Positions 1 through 12,342 are shown, numbered from the stretch's first letter. The stretch is 64,000 nt of DNA from Podarcis muralis (GCF_964188315.1 NC_135659.1:37944001-38008000); one strand, 5' to 3'. The notes: generated by a model not told the origin, from the sequence alone. Translations and numbers: made by a program.

Positions 1-108
1 ACAATAAGTGCACTGGTTTTATTTTGTTTAGTGCTTTTTCCTTCTTCATTATTTCCAGTGGCAAGCCTTTGTTCTTTGTTCCAGAGATGTGATCCCCATT
101 TGGAAACA

Positions 109-449
109 CATACCCTCCAACATTTCTCCGACAAAAATAGGGACATCCTAATTCCATCATAATCATAATTTTAATATTATTAATCACTCTGAGCAGCTTC
201 CAACATATATAAAAACATAAGAAAACATTAAACTTTTTTTAAAAAAACTGCTTTCAGGTGTCTTCTGAAGGTTGTATAGTTGCTTATGTCCTTGGTTCGA
301 GAGTCACATAACTCCATACCCTCCAACATTTAGCTGATGAAAATAGGGATGGCCTAAGGAAAAGCGGCACATTCCAGGATCACATCAGAAACCGGAACAG
401 CTTCTGTAAATCCAGGACTGCCCCTGGAAAATAGGAGCACTTGGAGTAT
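109..449 (-). mobile_element. Composite non-autonomous hAT (Tip100-like) element with an embedded L2 3' fragment
   Basis: Terminal motif CATACCCTCCAACATT occurs at 109 and again at 315, with AAATAGGGA(C) subterminal motifs and the other end CACTTGGAG at ~438-446. An L2-like segment lies between the two motif copies. A reverse-orientation relative starts at 63747. Confidence 0.7.
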
Positions 450-1124
450 ATCAACCAGCTAAAGGAAAGCTAATTTAATAAACATTTGAAGTTGAATCAG
501 TTGTTCATCCAACATTATTATGGGGAAAAACATCCCCCTCTTTGTTTTTAGTTTAGGCATCTGTGTGCTACATGATGCACATTTAGTCATGTCTGCAGGC
601 CTTCCTTTCTGCTGGAAGAGCATCAGGTTCCCCTCATCCTAGGACCTTTCTTAGGGGTTCAGAATCACTTCCCCAAAAGCATTGTAAATAAGGTTCTATA
701 CAACTGCCCATCAGGGCTCTTAAGGCAGGATTGCAGCTGGCTTTGTCCTAGTCTATAAGAGACGGCCCAGAGAGCCAGAGGCTAGGCTGTACTGAGAGCA
801 CAAGTCCTCCTATGTACCTGATGCCAAATCACAACATTAATCCATAAAAACAGTTAATGGATTGAAAAGATACCCCACTTAATCAGCAATCAGATTGACA
901 GAAAATATGTTAGTAATTTGAAACCTGATATGGTTAGGTAAAAATAGTTCCCACTCCTCAAAAAACCATGAGTGGCTAATAGTCTTTCTCTTTTCCCACA
1001 CTGCCTTTCAGAAGGAGATGGTGCCTGGTTTGGAACATCATCTACAAACAAGGCTCTTCACAGCTAACCCGATATATAGAGAGAGCACTTCGGTAATCCA
1101 ATCTTGATGTGTCTAAGGTATGTG

Positions 1125-1380
1125 ATACCATATCGGGGCGGAGGAACCCCAGGTGTCACCACCGAGTGGGGTGACAAAATGCCGGGTGGCACTCACCGTT
1201 GGGCCTGCTGCACGCCCAAGCCGTGCGTCTCTCCTGGGTGTGACATGGTGGCTTGGGTGCCTGCAGGCTCCATGCTGCCCTGAACAGTCCACCCGCTGCC
1301 TCCTCCCTAGCTGTAGGATGACTCAGTGGGAGGAAGCAGGCAGACTCCTCGGAGCAGCTCGCTCCACCCCTGATACCACA
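1125..1380. mobile_element. Degenerate GC-rich MITE interior (probably hAT)
   Basis: GC/CpG-rich island in AT-rich DNA that resembles, from memory, the interior of CAGTGGCGTAGC-type MITEs. Termini not visible. Confidence 0.5.
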
Positions 1381-2282
1381 GTCTGGTCTGACTTTCTCAG
1401 GAGGAGCATGTGCAGCTGGCACACCAGCCTACGTTGAAGAAAAAGCCCTTCTGACCACCACTGCCATCTACTGATCCAGATGTAAACAAAGTGGGAGTGT
1501 TTTTCTCTAACCACTATGTATTTTCGTCTCCAAAAGCTGTATCTTATGCCCAAGTTCCTGGAGAGAGAGGGAGAAAATATTGCCAGTCAGATAACCTATG
1601 CGGCAGGGGTTCTTGCAGTAAAAGAAGCAGGTTTAGATTTGGATTGCTTTATGACTGTAGAATTGGGAACTCTTGAGGCATTTGAAATTGATCAGAGCAG
1701 ATTTATAGGGCATAAATCCCAACAGAAAATGAGCATAAACAGAAATCGCTTGGTATTCACAATATGTAATAACATCTGTTTGAAAGTAGTGAAGTTCATG
1801 AGAGATTTAATATTCTAGGAAATACATTTGGTCAGTACAGTACGGGGTTTTTTTTATGGCTTGACACTAAAATGTGAAGGTTTAACTGTACAGGTTATGC
1901 TGTGAATGCAAATCATGTCATAGCGTGCTGACTACACTCTGTGAATCTTGAGTGTGACAGATGAGAGAGACATCTTGAAAAGTCTTGCATTTTAATAGTG
2001 TTTGGGCTGAGGAGGATAAATGTAGTCTTCAGCTATGAACTGCCGATGTTCACAATTTATTACAAAAGCAGCAAAATGGTGGGTGTGGGGCTAAAATGCC
2101 TTTCAACATTAAAATATTTTGCAGAATGATTATCCAATAAATGCAGTATGTAGGGATGGGGCAGAAGTTTAATTTAGTTTTAAGGCAACCCTAGCTAATT
2201 TTCACGAGTGAACCAAAATGCAGCTACCAAAGAATGTGCAGGAAAGTATATATATTGGGGGGGGGGTGCCTAAAAGTGGATA

Positions 2283-2587
2283 CAGTGGTGCCCCGCAAGA
2301 CGAATGCCTCGCAAGACGAAAAACTCGCTAGATGAAAGGGTTTTCTGTTTTTTGAGTCGTTCCACAAGACGAATTTCCCTATGGGCTTGCTTCGCAAGAC
2401 AAAACGTCTTGTGAGTTCTTGCGAGTTTGTTTCCTTTTTCTTAAAGCCGCTAAGCCGTTAATAGCCGCTAAGCCGCTAAGCCGCTAATAGCCGCTAAGCC
2501 TCTAATAGCCGTGCTTCGCAAGACGAAAAAACCGCAAGACAAAGAGACTCGCGGAACGGATTAATTTCGTCTTGCGAGGCACCACTG
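2283..2587. mobile_element. Tc1/mariner (pogo/Tigger-like) MITE
   Basis: 22-bp TIRs CAGTGGTGCCCCGCAAGACGAA / TTCGTCTTGCGAGGCACCACTG (1 mismatch), TA on both sides, internal GCAAGAC repeats and an AGCCGCTA array. Confidence 0.95.
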
Positions 2588-2697
2588 TACATTGGTGAAA
2601 ACAACACATAACAATGCATTTTATTAAGGAGAAATGCTTGCCAAAAATATGCATGATGGAAAATTACATTAAAAATGTGTATTTTAGGATAATTGAA

Positions 2698-2910
2698 CTT
2701 AAGAACAGCCTGTTCTTAAGAACAGGCTAGTCCATCTGGTCTAGTATCCTGTTCTCACAGTGGCCAACTAGATGCCTGTGGTAAAACCCACAAGCAAGTA
2801 TCCAGCACTCGCCCGTCCTGCGGTATCCATCCACTGGCATTCAGAATCATTACTATTTCTAGCCCTGAAGGAAGAGCATGACTTTCATGGCTAGCAGCCA
2901 CTGATGTGCT
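2698..2910 (-). mobile_element. CR1-type LINE 3' end fragment
   Basis: ATCCTGTTCTCACAGTGGCCAACTAGATGCC...CATGGCTAGCAGCCACTGAT matches the squamate CR1 3' region. Related copies at 25176, 34290, 45950 and 52515. Confidence 0.75.
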
Positions 2911-3827
2911 ATAAAATGTGGTATAAAGTGCTGACAAATTTCTGCGAGGACTTTTAAAAAAGGAAGCTCAGAGATGCAGAAATGTGGTGAACGGCAAATA
3001 AGGTTGGGGGGGGGGGAGGAATGAGAAAACAAGAGAACCCCAAACAGACAGGTTTGTCCATCCTTATCTATAACATCGTTCAATAAATGCAATGTAACAG
3101 TTAAGTAGCAATGCAGCATGTTCTCTTTCAAGTGGTCAAGCACTTAATATTTTCAAGGAGTGGGCATTTTTAGAATTATCTCAGGACGTGGGCAGCAGGC
3201 TGAAATGCAGCTGGTGATTTTTCTTACACGGCTGAATGCATATTTTAAAGCCTCACCAGAATTATTCCGGTCACACTGTGCTGATGACGGGCAAAGCATC
3301 ATACAGCCTTGTGTCAGGGCACAACCAGCCCCAAATAATAGAACTGTGACACACAAGTCAAGCATTTCAGAAGAGGGTTTTTTCCTTTTCCTTTTTTTGC
3401 AGGCTGTCAGTGCAGTGCAAAGCTGACATGTTTGTGGTAATGAATGTGGGTTTTTCCCCCCTCTCCCCTTCCCTGAATTGTAAGGGAATGAAGCTACAGG
3501 TAGCTGGGGGACATAAAAAATGCAGAATTTTGTTTCAAATTATTCATTTTAAAATTAACATAAAGTTCCTTCTGTAAACACTGGTTGATTTCTCTTATGA
3601 GAAGGGCTGGAACTTAATTCCACCGGGAAGCTGCAGCATTGGACTTCAAAGTGTTTCCCATGAGTTCTCTCATATGTCTCTCTCATTCAGTACTAGGGTC
3701 AAGGCTAGCAATAAAATGTACACAATCTTCTACAGTGTGATACTGCTTTACAATCATATGTTTGTAGTAGCTGCAACAGTTCTGGAAATCAACTCTGAGC
3801 TGCCATGAGTACCACCAGCAGTCCTAA

Positions 3828-4031
3828 CACAGGAAACTGCCTATCTAGCCCTATATTATCTACTCTGGCTAGCAGTGGCTGCCCAGGGTCATAGCCAGAG
3901 GGAAGCTCAAACCACCTCCTACTTGATTTAAAAAAAGCAACCAAAAAACAACAACAAAAACATGGAGATGACAAGGATCCAACTTGAAGCTCTTGCATGC
4001 AAAGCATAGCCACTCAGCTTCTGGTCCCTCC
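3828..4031 (-). mobile_element. Old tRNA-derived SINE with CR1-type tail
   Basis: Same architecture as 37289-37477, with a degenerate tRNA-like head at the right end (CTTGCATGCAAAGCATAGCCACTCAGC). Confidence 0.6.
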
Positions 4032-4463
4032 AACAAGCTGTCATATTTATATGGCCATTATTAGTAGTGGGGCTAATGTCTGTGAAACATGTCAACATGA
4101 CTCCACAACCAAGCACTCTTTCCTTTGAAGTTATGGAACAGTAGTCATGCTCCTGTAGAGAACTGACGTTCCATCTTACAGAGCAATGGAATAATTGGAA
4201 AGGAACTCAGAGGTTATTGAAGTTTGATTCCTTCTACTGCGGTGGGGATACCTCTGACCCACAGACTTAATTAGGCCATATGGGGGCCCCAATCTGGTCC
4301 ATGACACCATTCCCCCAAGTCACACTCACTGTCCCACTATATGCTGTAATTTTGCATACATTGTTGGTAATTGAATTAGTGGCAATGGCAGTTTTCAAAA
4401 CTGGTTGGTTGTTTAGTTTTCTGTACACAAGAGCCCTCAGCCATATATTAGGGTTGCCATATA

Positions 4464-4466
<3 letters not shown>

Positions 4467-4494
<28 letters not shown>
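4467..4494. repeat. (GT)n microsatellite
   Basis: Direct reading. Confidence 0.98.
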
Positions 4495-6189
4495 TGTTTT
4501 CCTTGCTTCTTGAGTCACATTAATATGATGAATGTAAATGCCTACGGCATGTACGTGAAAAACCATGGTATTGATCTGTACATTATGTACCCATTATGAG
4601 ATAAAGTTAATTTCAGCAGTGAAAGAACTTGTGCCAACTAACTGTCAACACAGCTACTGCCTTTTTTGAACACCTAGTCTGAGGAATTCACACCATGAAG
4701 GGACAAAATAAGCTCATAATATTCTTAATTTACATTGCAGAAGACCATTTTCGGGGGCAAAAGATCCCACCACGAAATACAGACACATATTGCAAGCTGG
4801 ATAAATCGTATTTTGAGCCAGATATTCTCAAACGTTGATGCCATCTGTAGAGTGAATCAAGGTGGCAGAGCCAGCGTTGCTTGCCCTTCAACCCTTAATC
4901 AGTTCAAAATATGGCTTCTGTTAAAAATTAGTTGCCAACTAGCATTCAAAAGGAAGAGATGACTAGAGAACTGATTTGCATTCCATAGGAGTCTTTGTGC
5001 AATAAATTGCATTGGAGATGTATAGAGCAAACAGCACGTCAGCAGTATTATATTGCCCAGTTAATATTTCAGTAGAACAGAATGAAAAACAGAGATGAAA
5101 AAGACAGACTTCCTACATGGTAGGATAATATTGGCTGATTGAGAGGCGAACAGCCTGTTTTCTGAAGAATGGGGGACATCATTTGCAACACACTCTTTGT
5201 GAAGGGAGCAGTCCCATGACAGATTTGAAATCTTCAAGGCAGCTTTATAACTTTATCAAAGAAAAGCATCAAAGTACGAACTCTGTTCTGCAAGAAAAAA
5301 AAATCAGAAAGGGAATAATCAATAGAAACCACAACAAAATATGAGATCACGATAATCATGTTGTATCAAAAAGGTACATCTTTTGTGCTGTGTGATATTT
5401 TTCTCTGTGACAGTTTGGTCTCAGTGGCACAGCAAGAGACAATTTTTTCTGTGTTTTGATTGACAAGGAATCCTAATGTCACCAGGCAAAAGCCACTGAA
5501 GAAAAAAACTCAAATTCATGTAGAATATGCCTTAATGTTGCAGCAGTACCCTAAGTATGTAGGAGCATGGGGGCAATTGGATCCATATGGTATCTGACAA
5601 ATGCAGATAGGATATTCAACAGCTGATGAAACTACCTGGGAAAGGGACTTTGATATTGCTATTTATCATCCATCTGTAGCAATTCCAAAGCAAGTTAGAC
5701 AGAAACTTGAGAAGGAGTGGAGATAAAAGAGGCTTTTAAAAAGATGTTTTGTGACTATGCAATATACAGTATTCTATTTACCCTCCCATCACAGTGCAAG
5801 CGGCTGAAGGAGAACTGGCTGTGATCTTTTTGTCCAACTGCTAAATTCAATATGCAGGGGTCCACGTGGCCTTGGAAATTGGCAATGTTGACTGAAAGAA
5901 TGTCATCACGTGGTTCAGAAAACAAATTTGTCTAGCTTGTAATGTGTACAATATGTCAAAATGACTGTAATTCTTCCCAAAGGTTCATCTCCAACTTGGA
6001 TGATCACCTAAACTAGTTGTGATGGCAGAATAAGGCACCTGGGAGATGTAATTTTTTCGCAGAGCACCCAAGTGTGGACAACAGGCAACCAGAATATTGC
6101 ATGTTTCAGAGTGTCAGGGCTAGGCTGTGACCACCATTCTGAAGTGATCCAGGAGCCAAGGGCCATGGACAACCAATAGTCAATAGGAC

Positions 6190-6533
6190 ACCTCTAGTCC
6201 CCTCACAAAACTACCATTTCCAGAGTCTTCTGGGAAGAGGAAACCACTCTGAAAATCGCAGCCCTGTGAGGGGAATAGAGCTCTCTGAACAACTCTCAGC
6301 ACCCATAAAAAACTATAATTCCTATGCTTAAAAGCCCAAGAAGCATCTTATGCTAGACAGAGACTGACCAGATGCCTGATGGAAGGCCGCAAGCAGGACC
6401 TGAGTGCAACATCACACTGCCTAGTCTAGAAACTGATATTTCAGAAAACCACAGGTGAACAGATTCTTTGGAAGAAGTCATGACTGTTTAAAGTGGTATG
6501 ATGCTTTTTTAAATGTATAGTGCAGATGTGACC
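6190..6533. mobile_element. Partial palindromic MITE interrupted by a CR1 3' fragment (~6325-6455)
   Basis: CTGTGAGGGGAATAG...AACAACTCTCAGCACCC resumes after the insert as CAGATTCTTTGG...AAATGTATAGTGCAGATG. Same family as 58440-58618. The insert contains CCAGATGCC...GCAAGCAGGACCTGAGTGCAA. Confidence 0.65.
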
Positions 6534-7358
6534 TCAGTCATGTTACAATGGATTTTTAAAAATAGGAAGTAGTGCCTGCCACCCCCAGAAAACTTCCACC
6601 TCCTGAAGATGAGAAAGGGGTCAGGCAGTTTCTGTTGGAGGAGGGCATATGCCAAATGTGTGCAGTCTCTCCAAGTATATAGGTTTGTAACAGTGTACTT
6701 TGTGCTAAAGAAACTTAGTCAGACTTCAGATTTTCAGTCAGTTCAATCCTTTACTGGAAGGTCCAGAACATTAAGGCAGTTTCACTATGTACATACACAA
6801 GTGAAGGGTTGCACTAGCTCTCTAGTAGAAGGTGCAAGCTTCAAATGCAAAGCAAGCACAACAACTCACAGCATCCATACGGCACAGAGTTCAATACCAA
6901 TTGGGCAGAGTTAGCAGGCAGCGAAGCAAGAAAGGCAAGGTACCAACTCTCTTAATTTACACATGGATGACCTCATTTTTGGCTGGTTGCCAGGTAAGAG
7001 TGACATTCTTGGCCTTCAAACACTGACCACAAGACCTGCAGGTGCACCAGATGTTTTTTTCTAACAGCAAATAAAGGAACCTCAACAGTTTCGCTCTCCT
7101 TTCACCCTGAAGGTTCCCCCACCTCCAGATTCCCTGAAGCATCCCTGGAATATGTTATTACCTTGCAGACTACAAAGAGCTCTGGATTATGTAGATCACC
7201 TGCTGCCTATTGTCTGTCCTAAGGCACCCTGTGGAAAGTAGGTTAGCCAGGGTTGCTAGTTGCTGCAAGACCAAGTAATGAGGGAGCAAAGGAAAGGGGG
7301 GCAGTAGCAGGACAAGGCACAAAGGTTTATGGAGGATCTGAGCATCACAATACCAAAG

Positions 7359-7584
7359 CAGTGGTACATCGGGTTACAGACGCTTCAGGTTACAGACTCT
7401 GCTAACCCAGAAATAGTACCTCGGGTTAAGAACTTTGCTTCAGGGTGAGAACAGAAATCATGCGGCAGTTGCGCGGCGGCAGCGGGAGGCCCCATTAGCT
7501 AAAGTGGTGCTTCAGGTTAAGAACAGTTTCAGGTTAAGAACGGACCTCCAGAACGAATTAAGTTCTTTACCCGAGGTACCACTG
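7359..7584. mobile_element. Tc1/mariner (Tigger-like) MITE
   Basis: TIRs CAGTGGTAC(A)TCGGGT / ACCCGAGGTACCACTG, right flank TA, internal TTCAGGTTA repeats. Paralog at 33351-33592. Confidence 0.92.
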
Positions 7585-7632
7585 TATTGCAGAGCGTAGT
7601 GCAATAGCTACCATACAATGTCTCCCTCTCTT

Positions 7633-7637
7633 ACACA

Positions 7638-7686
<49 letters not shown>
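7633..7686. repeat. Compound (AC)n(AG)n microsatellite
   Basis: Direct reading. Confidence 0.98.
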
Positions 7687-7687
<1 letters not shown>

Positions 7688-8199
7688 ACAACACTTTCAC
7701 ATTTTGATCACCCTGTGCCATTTCACACACAATGATGTTTCCATTCCTTTATTTCCCTTTCTGAATCTGTGGTTTTGGAGCCTACATATTTGCATGACAC
7801 AGAATTGGAAGCTGACTTATACACCAGGTCATATACACTGTCTGTCCATCTAGCCCACCACTGCCTACTCTGACTGAATGCATTTCCACTCTTAGCCATA
7901 AGAAATACTCCTCAACCTCATCCAGCTGTTGTGATATATAACCTTATTAGGGATAAAATGAAATTGGACAGGCCCAATTCATCTTACATGGGACACTGAT
8001 TCTGGAGGACAACTGCAACCTGCACAGTAGAAGGTGACCTTGACTTCAGTGAGGACAGCATCATTAGACCTCAGACTTCATCTGATTCCACACACAGTTG
8101 TGCAGAGATCACATTGGCTTCCCAGTCTCCTACTCAAATGTGCTCTCCTTTTTTACTTCATTTTGATCCCACCCATCTTTACAGGATGCCTCTCCATCC

Positions 8200-8352
8200 C
8201 CTTTTATCTCTCCCCCATAACCTAGTGAGGTAGCTTAAGCTCAGATAAAGTGAGTGGTTTAAGCTTACCCAGTGAGCTTCCCTAACTGAATGGGATTTTG
8301 AACCCAGGATTTCCTAGCCTGGATCCAAACCTCTAACCACTGCTGCACACCA
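8200..8352 (-). mobile_element. Old tRNA-derived SINE (Squam3/MIR-like)
   Basis: Reverse complement gives an A-box-like TGGTGTGCAGCAGTGG and B-box GGGTTCAAAATCCC, followed by a Squam3-like body. Confidence 0.7.
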
Positions 8353-9834
8353 GAAAAGTGTCTGTACCGAAATCAGATAGGAAACTTTTTAGAATATTCA
8401 GCCTAAGCTTGGCATTCATTCCCATCGTTCAGTTAACCTGGCTTGATGCATGTGCTTTGATCACTATATCTATACTTGCTATTTTGGCTATAAATGGCCC
8501 TAATATGTTCTTATATTTTGAAATGTTAAGATGGATATTTTCAGTATTCGGCCACATACTGATATCACAGAGGATGAGCAAAGACAACTGAGCAAGAGGG
8601 TAATGTTTCCTGGATCAGACATATGGGTAAATCCTAGGCAATTTAGGGCCACATGCTAAGTAACAAGCATCACAATGCTCTGTACTAGCGAATCAGACTT
8701 GACTACATCTTTGCATCACTAAGACATGTTCCAACTTGGGCCAGCTTTTCAGATTGTATGATTGATCTGAGAATGCACATTTCTAGTATTATTTTTTCCC
8801 TAGAGGCAATGGGCATGCAGTTCTTTTCTTACAGGAGCCTTATTTACAGCCTAATGGAGGGCCTATTGTGAACTTCTGCCAACAGATTGCTTTGGGGAAG
8901 AGAAGGTGGGAAGCAGCGGCGGTAGCTGTGAAGGTTCTGTGATGGGAGGACTCCAGGCATTGCCATGCTCCCAGTGACATCAGAGGCAGCATGATGTGGC
9001 TACACGTTCATGGGCCAGATGAAAGCAACGTATTGAAAGAGGTATTCAGCAATGTTCATTCTGATTCATTCTGATAAGGTTGTTAACATATGAGATGTAA
9101 ATAATATCTTTGACCAGAACTAATGCAGAAACATAAAAACATATGCCCCATGTCTCACTTCTTGCCTAAGACTATGGTTTGCATGAAATTCTAACGTGTG
9201 ATCCACAGAATTAGCATAATCATAGCAATGGCCAAAATTCTTTGCAAGGCAAAGAAGTGGGGGGAAGGCATTACAATAAAAAGTGGAGTTGTGAATAAAT
9301 TCTGTCTTGATTTCTGTAAGAATAGTAGGGGTGGAAGACCTGAATTCATCATCCATGTACATGTTTTGTAGTTGGGTCTTGTATATATCGAGATGGTGGG
9401 GAATTCTCATTAGTGTCAGAATGATTGCAGCTAATACAAAGGCTGCCTTCCTTTCAAGTGGCAGTCTTCTTTATCAGTAAAACAATGGGAGAGTTTAATA
9501 ATAAAAAGAAATAGGCAACTTTCTCTTCTTGTGATACACATTTTTCCCTTTTTATTAGGTCTGAGATTGAAAAGGGCTATTGTTAAGGAATACCGGCTTA
9601 CCGCAGTGGGCTGTGAGATGAGATAAGAGTGAAATACTGAACACCCACACCCACAAACAGAATGTGTGAAAAATTGAAATGATAAGCTTTTTGAAGTAGG
9701 TTGCTCTTAAAGTGATTGAGGTAGAGCACTGTATCATGTCTGTTAGGAAAGCTGAGGAAAATGGTGGTGTAATCAATTAAAATTGGTGCCAATATGCCTA
9801 GAAAGAGCTGTCTCAAAATGAAATTACATATATC

Positions 9835-9879
<45 letters not shown>
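9835..9879. repeat. Compound (TA)n(GA)n microsatellite
   Basis: Direct reading. Confidence 0.98.
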
Positions 9880-11298
9880 TTTATTGTGTCAAGGTTATGT
9901 GACTTGGCAATCAGTCTGTGAAATAGCCATAAAACATATCAATCCCAGCTGGCCTAAAAGTACAGGTTCTGTGCCCAAACATGAACCCATCTTTATTAGG
10001 TATAAGAAAGTCAGAGAACTTTTTACAGGAGCTCATTCTGTCCTCTAAGGTATGTACCTATACAACCTTCTCTATGGATTGAATAGGGCTAAAGTTCCTC
10101 CATAGAATGGTGAGGTTTGACTAGCTCTGCATCCACACAGCTGTTTTTTCCATTTCCCACTTACAATGTGGAAATTAACAATTAGAGAAACTTTGGGGAT
10201 ATGGAATAAACTGCTGTGTGAATGCCACTTCGATTGCATTTTGATCTCTTTTAACTCTGCCAGTCTCTTTTCCATCCCCCTACCATTCTATACATTCCAT
10301 AATAAATCTGTTCTTGACATTAAATAGTCACCATGGGATGCTTGAAATCTCATACATCCACAAGAATAGAAGCTGCATGTTTAGTCTACTGGAAATATTA
10401 TTTTTTCCAGCTTTGAAATAAGGCACAGTTGTTACCCTTAAAGGTTCGAGATACAGAAGAGCTACTAGAGGCCTTTTTAAATACTGCATGACCTTTTAAA
10501 TTTTCTACTCTGTTGGGCGCTCAGACTGCAAATCCACAGACCACGTTGACGGAAATAATCCCAGTGATGTTCCATTGACCTCTGAGAAACTGCTCTACCA
10601 TTCTCCTGAAGCGACTTGCTTATAGATTGCAGCTGCAGCCTTCAAGCCATGAACCATTTCCACTAGCAGGTAATTCAACTGTGCAATTCTATGAGTCAGT
10701 GATTCTGTGTTCAGTCCCACTGAAGTCAATGGGGCTTAGCCAGTTTAAGGGCAATTTCCCTAGCTCCAATTGTTTGCACATCACATTATTTGTGCGCAAT
10801 TCTGATATTTAGCAGAATTTTCTTGAAACCACTGGGATTTGTTCTGTTAAAAATGGTTTTGAGAAAGCTGGCAAAATGCAAGACACTTGTTTTATAGTGG
10901 TTGTTGGATTTGCACTGAATATATTTGTGGTAAAGGATACAGTCTAGAAAACACTGCAGTTGCCTTTAGCTTCCATAATTTCTGATGGAACCCACATAAG
11001 AACTCCACAGATGATCCACTGAAATGAATAAAATGAATGCTAGCTATCTCAGCACATGGCCAGACCCCTCATTTTGAGACTCTTTGTCCCCATCCTCAAA
11101 ATCCCTTTCATCAAAGCATCTCTCAAGGTGTCCTCTTGAGATGCTGGTGATGGGCATTAGTTTTTGGGTTTTTTCCTCTATCTTAAAAAAAAAGTTTTGT
11201 ATTATGACATGGATTCTGGGAGGCGCATCAAATTCCACCCCATCCATTTGTGTGCCTCAAACTATTGTGTTGCACACAATTCTTGGTTTGTTTTTACC

Positions 11299-11300
11299 AA

Positions 11301-11335
<35 letters not shown>
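11299..11335. repeat. (AAAT)n microsatellite
   Basis: Direct reading. Confidence 0.97.
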
Positions 11336-12189
11336 AAATAAATTTACTCCTCTTTGTTCTGTGCACTAGCAGAAAAGTTCTCTCACCAAATAATACATAT
11401 AATATGGTTGTTAATTAAGAGAGAGCTCCTCTCTTGACATAAAATACATGAGGTACAAAAGTTTATTCCATTCCCAAATATCTCTCAGCAGATATTGGCA
11501 TGGAGAGACGTTTCTTCAAGTTTTCCTTCATGTGTATCCTGAGGTAGCTGAGTTGAAAAGACACTCCCCACCGCAGACATGTTCATAATCAAACAGTCCC
11601 TTTTAGAAGCTGTACTCACTGGGTCCACATTCTTAAATCTGACTATTCCTGGATGCATATACAACCTATGTTTGTTGTTTGCTTACTTCTCTGTTACTTC
11701 CTCTGTCTGCTTAGCTCCTGTGCTTTCCCCATAACCCACACATTACATGCTGCTCTGCTTTCTTTCTAAGCTCCTTCTGTCTCCCAGCTCTGTATGCAGT
11801 CGAACTCTTCCCTCTCATTAACTTGCTGTTTATGATACATCATCTCTCTTTCCTTATCCCAAGAAATGGAGAACCTCTGGACAGAACACCCACATGGCCA
11901 ATGGTCAGGGATTATGGAAGTTGCAGTCTAAAACATTTAGAACTTGTCCCTTTGGGTCACTTTGGTAGCCTAAGTGAACTTATGTACAGGTCAGGCCACA
12001 GACTCCCAAGGTGCCCTTTGGTCAATGCTTACTGTCACCAGTCGGCTGACAGCTTGGATCAGTGCTGACCACACTAAGGAGAAAGGAGGTGGTTCATGAA
12101 ACCAAAAAGGTCACCAATGTACTGTAAATAGTATTTTTGTTGTTGTTGTTCTGAAGTAACTAATGAACCTGATACACACAAGAAAGAAA

Positions 12190-12342
12190 NNNNNNNNNNN
12201 NNNNNNNNNNNNNNNNNNNNNNNNNNNNNNNNNNNNNNNNNNNNNNNNNNNNNNNNNNNNNNNNNNNNNNNNNNNNNNNNNNNNNNNNNNNNNNNNNNNN
12301 NNNNNNNNNNNNNNNNNNNNNNNNNNNNNNNNNNNNNNNNNN
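12190..12342. other. Assembly gap (153 N)
   Basis: Run of N. Confidence 1.

Noticed and set aside
1516-1818. 100-aa ORF and a strong minus-strand acceptor at 1557
   Set aside because: No recognisable domain. Frames after the acceptor stop early or are not protein-like, and there is no supporting donor.
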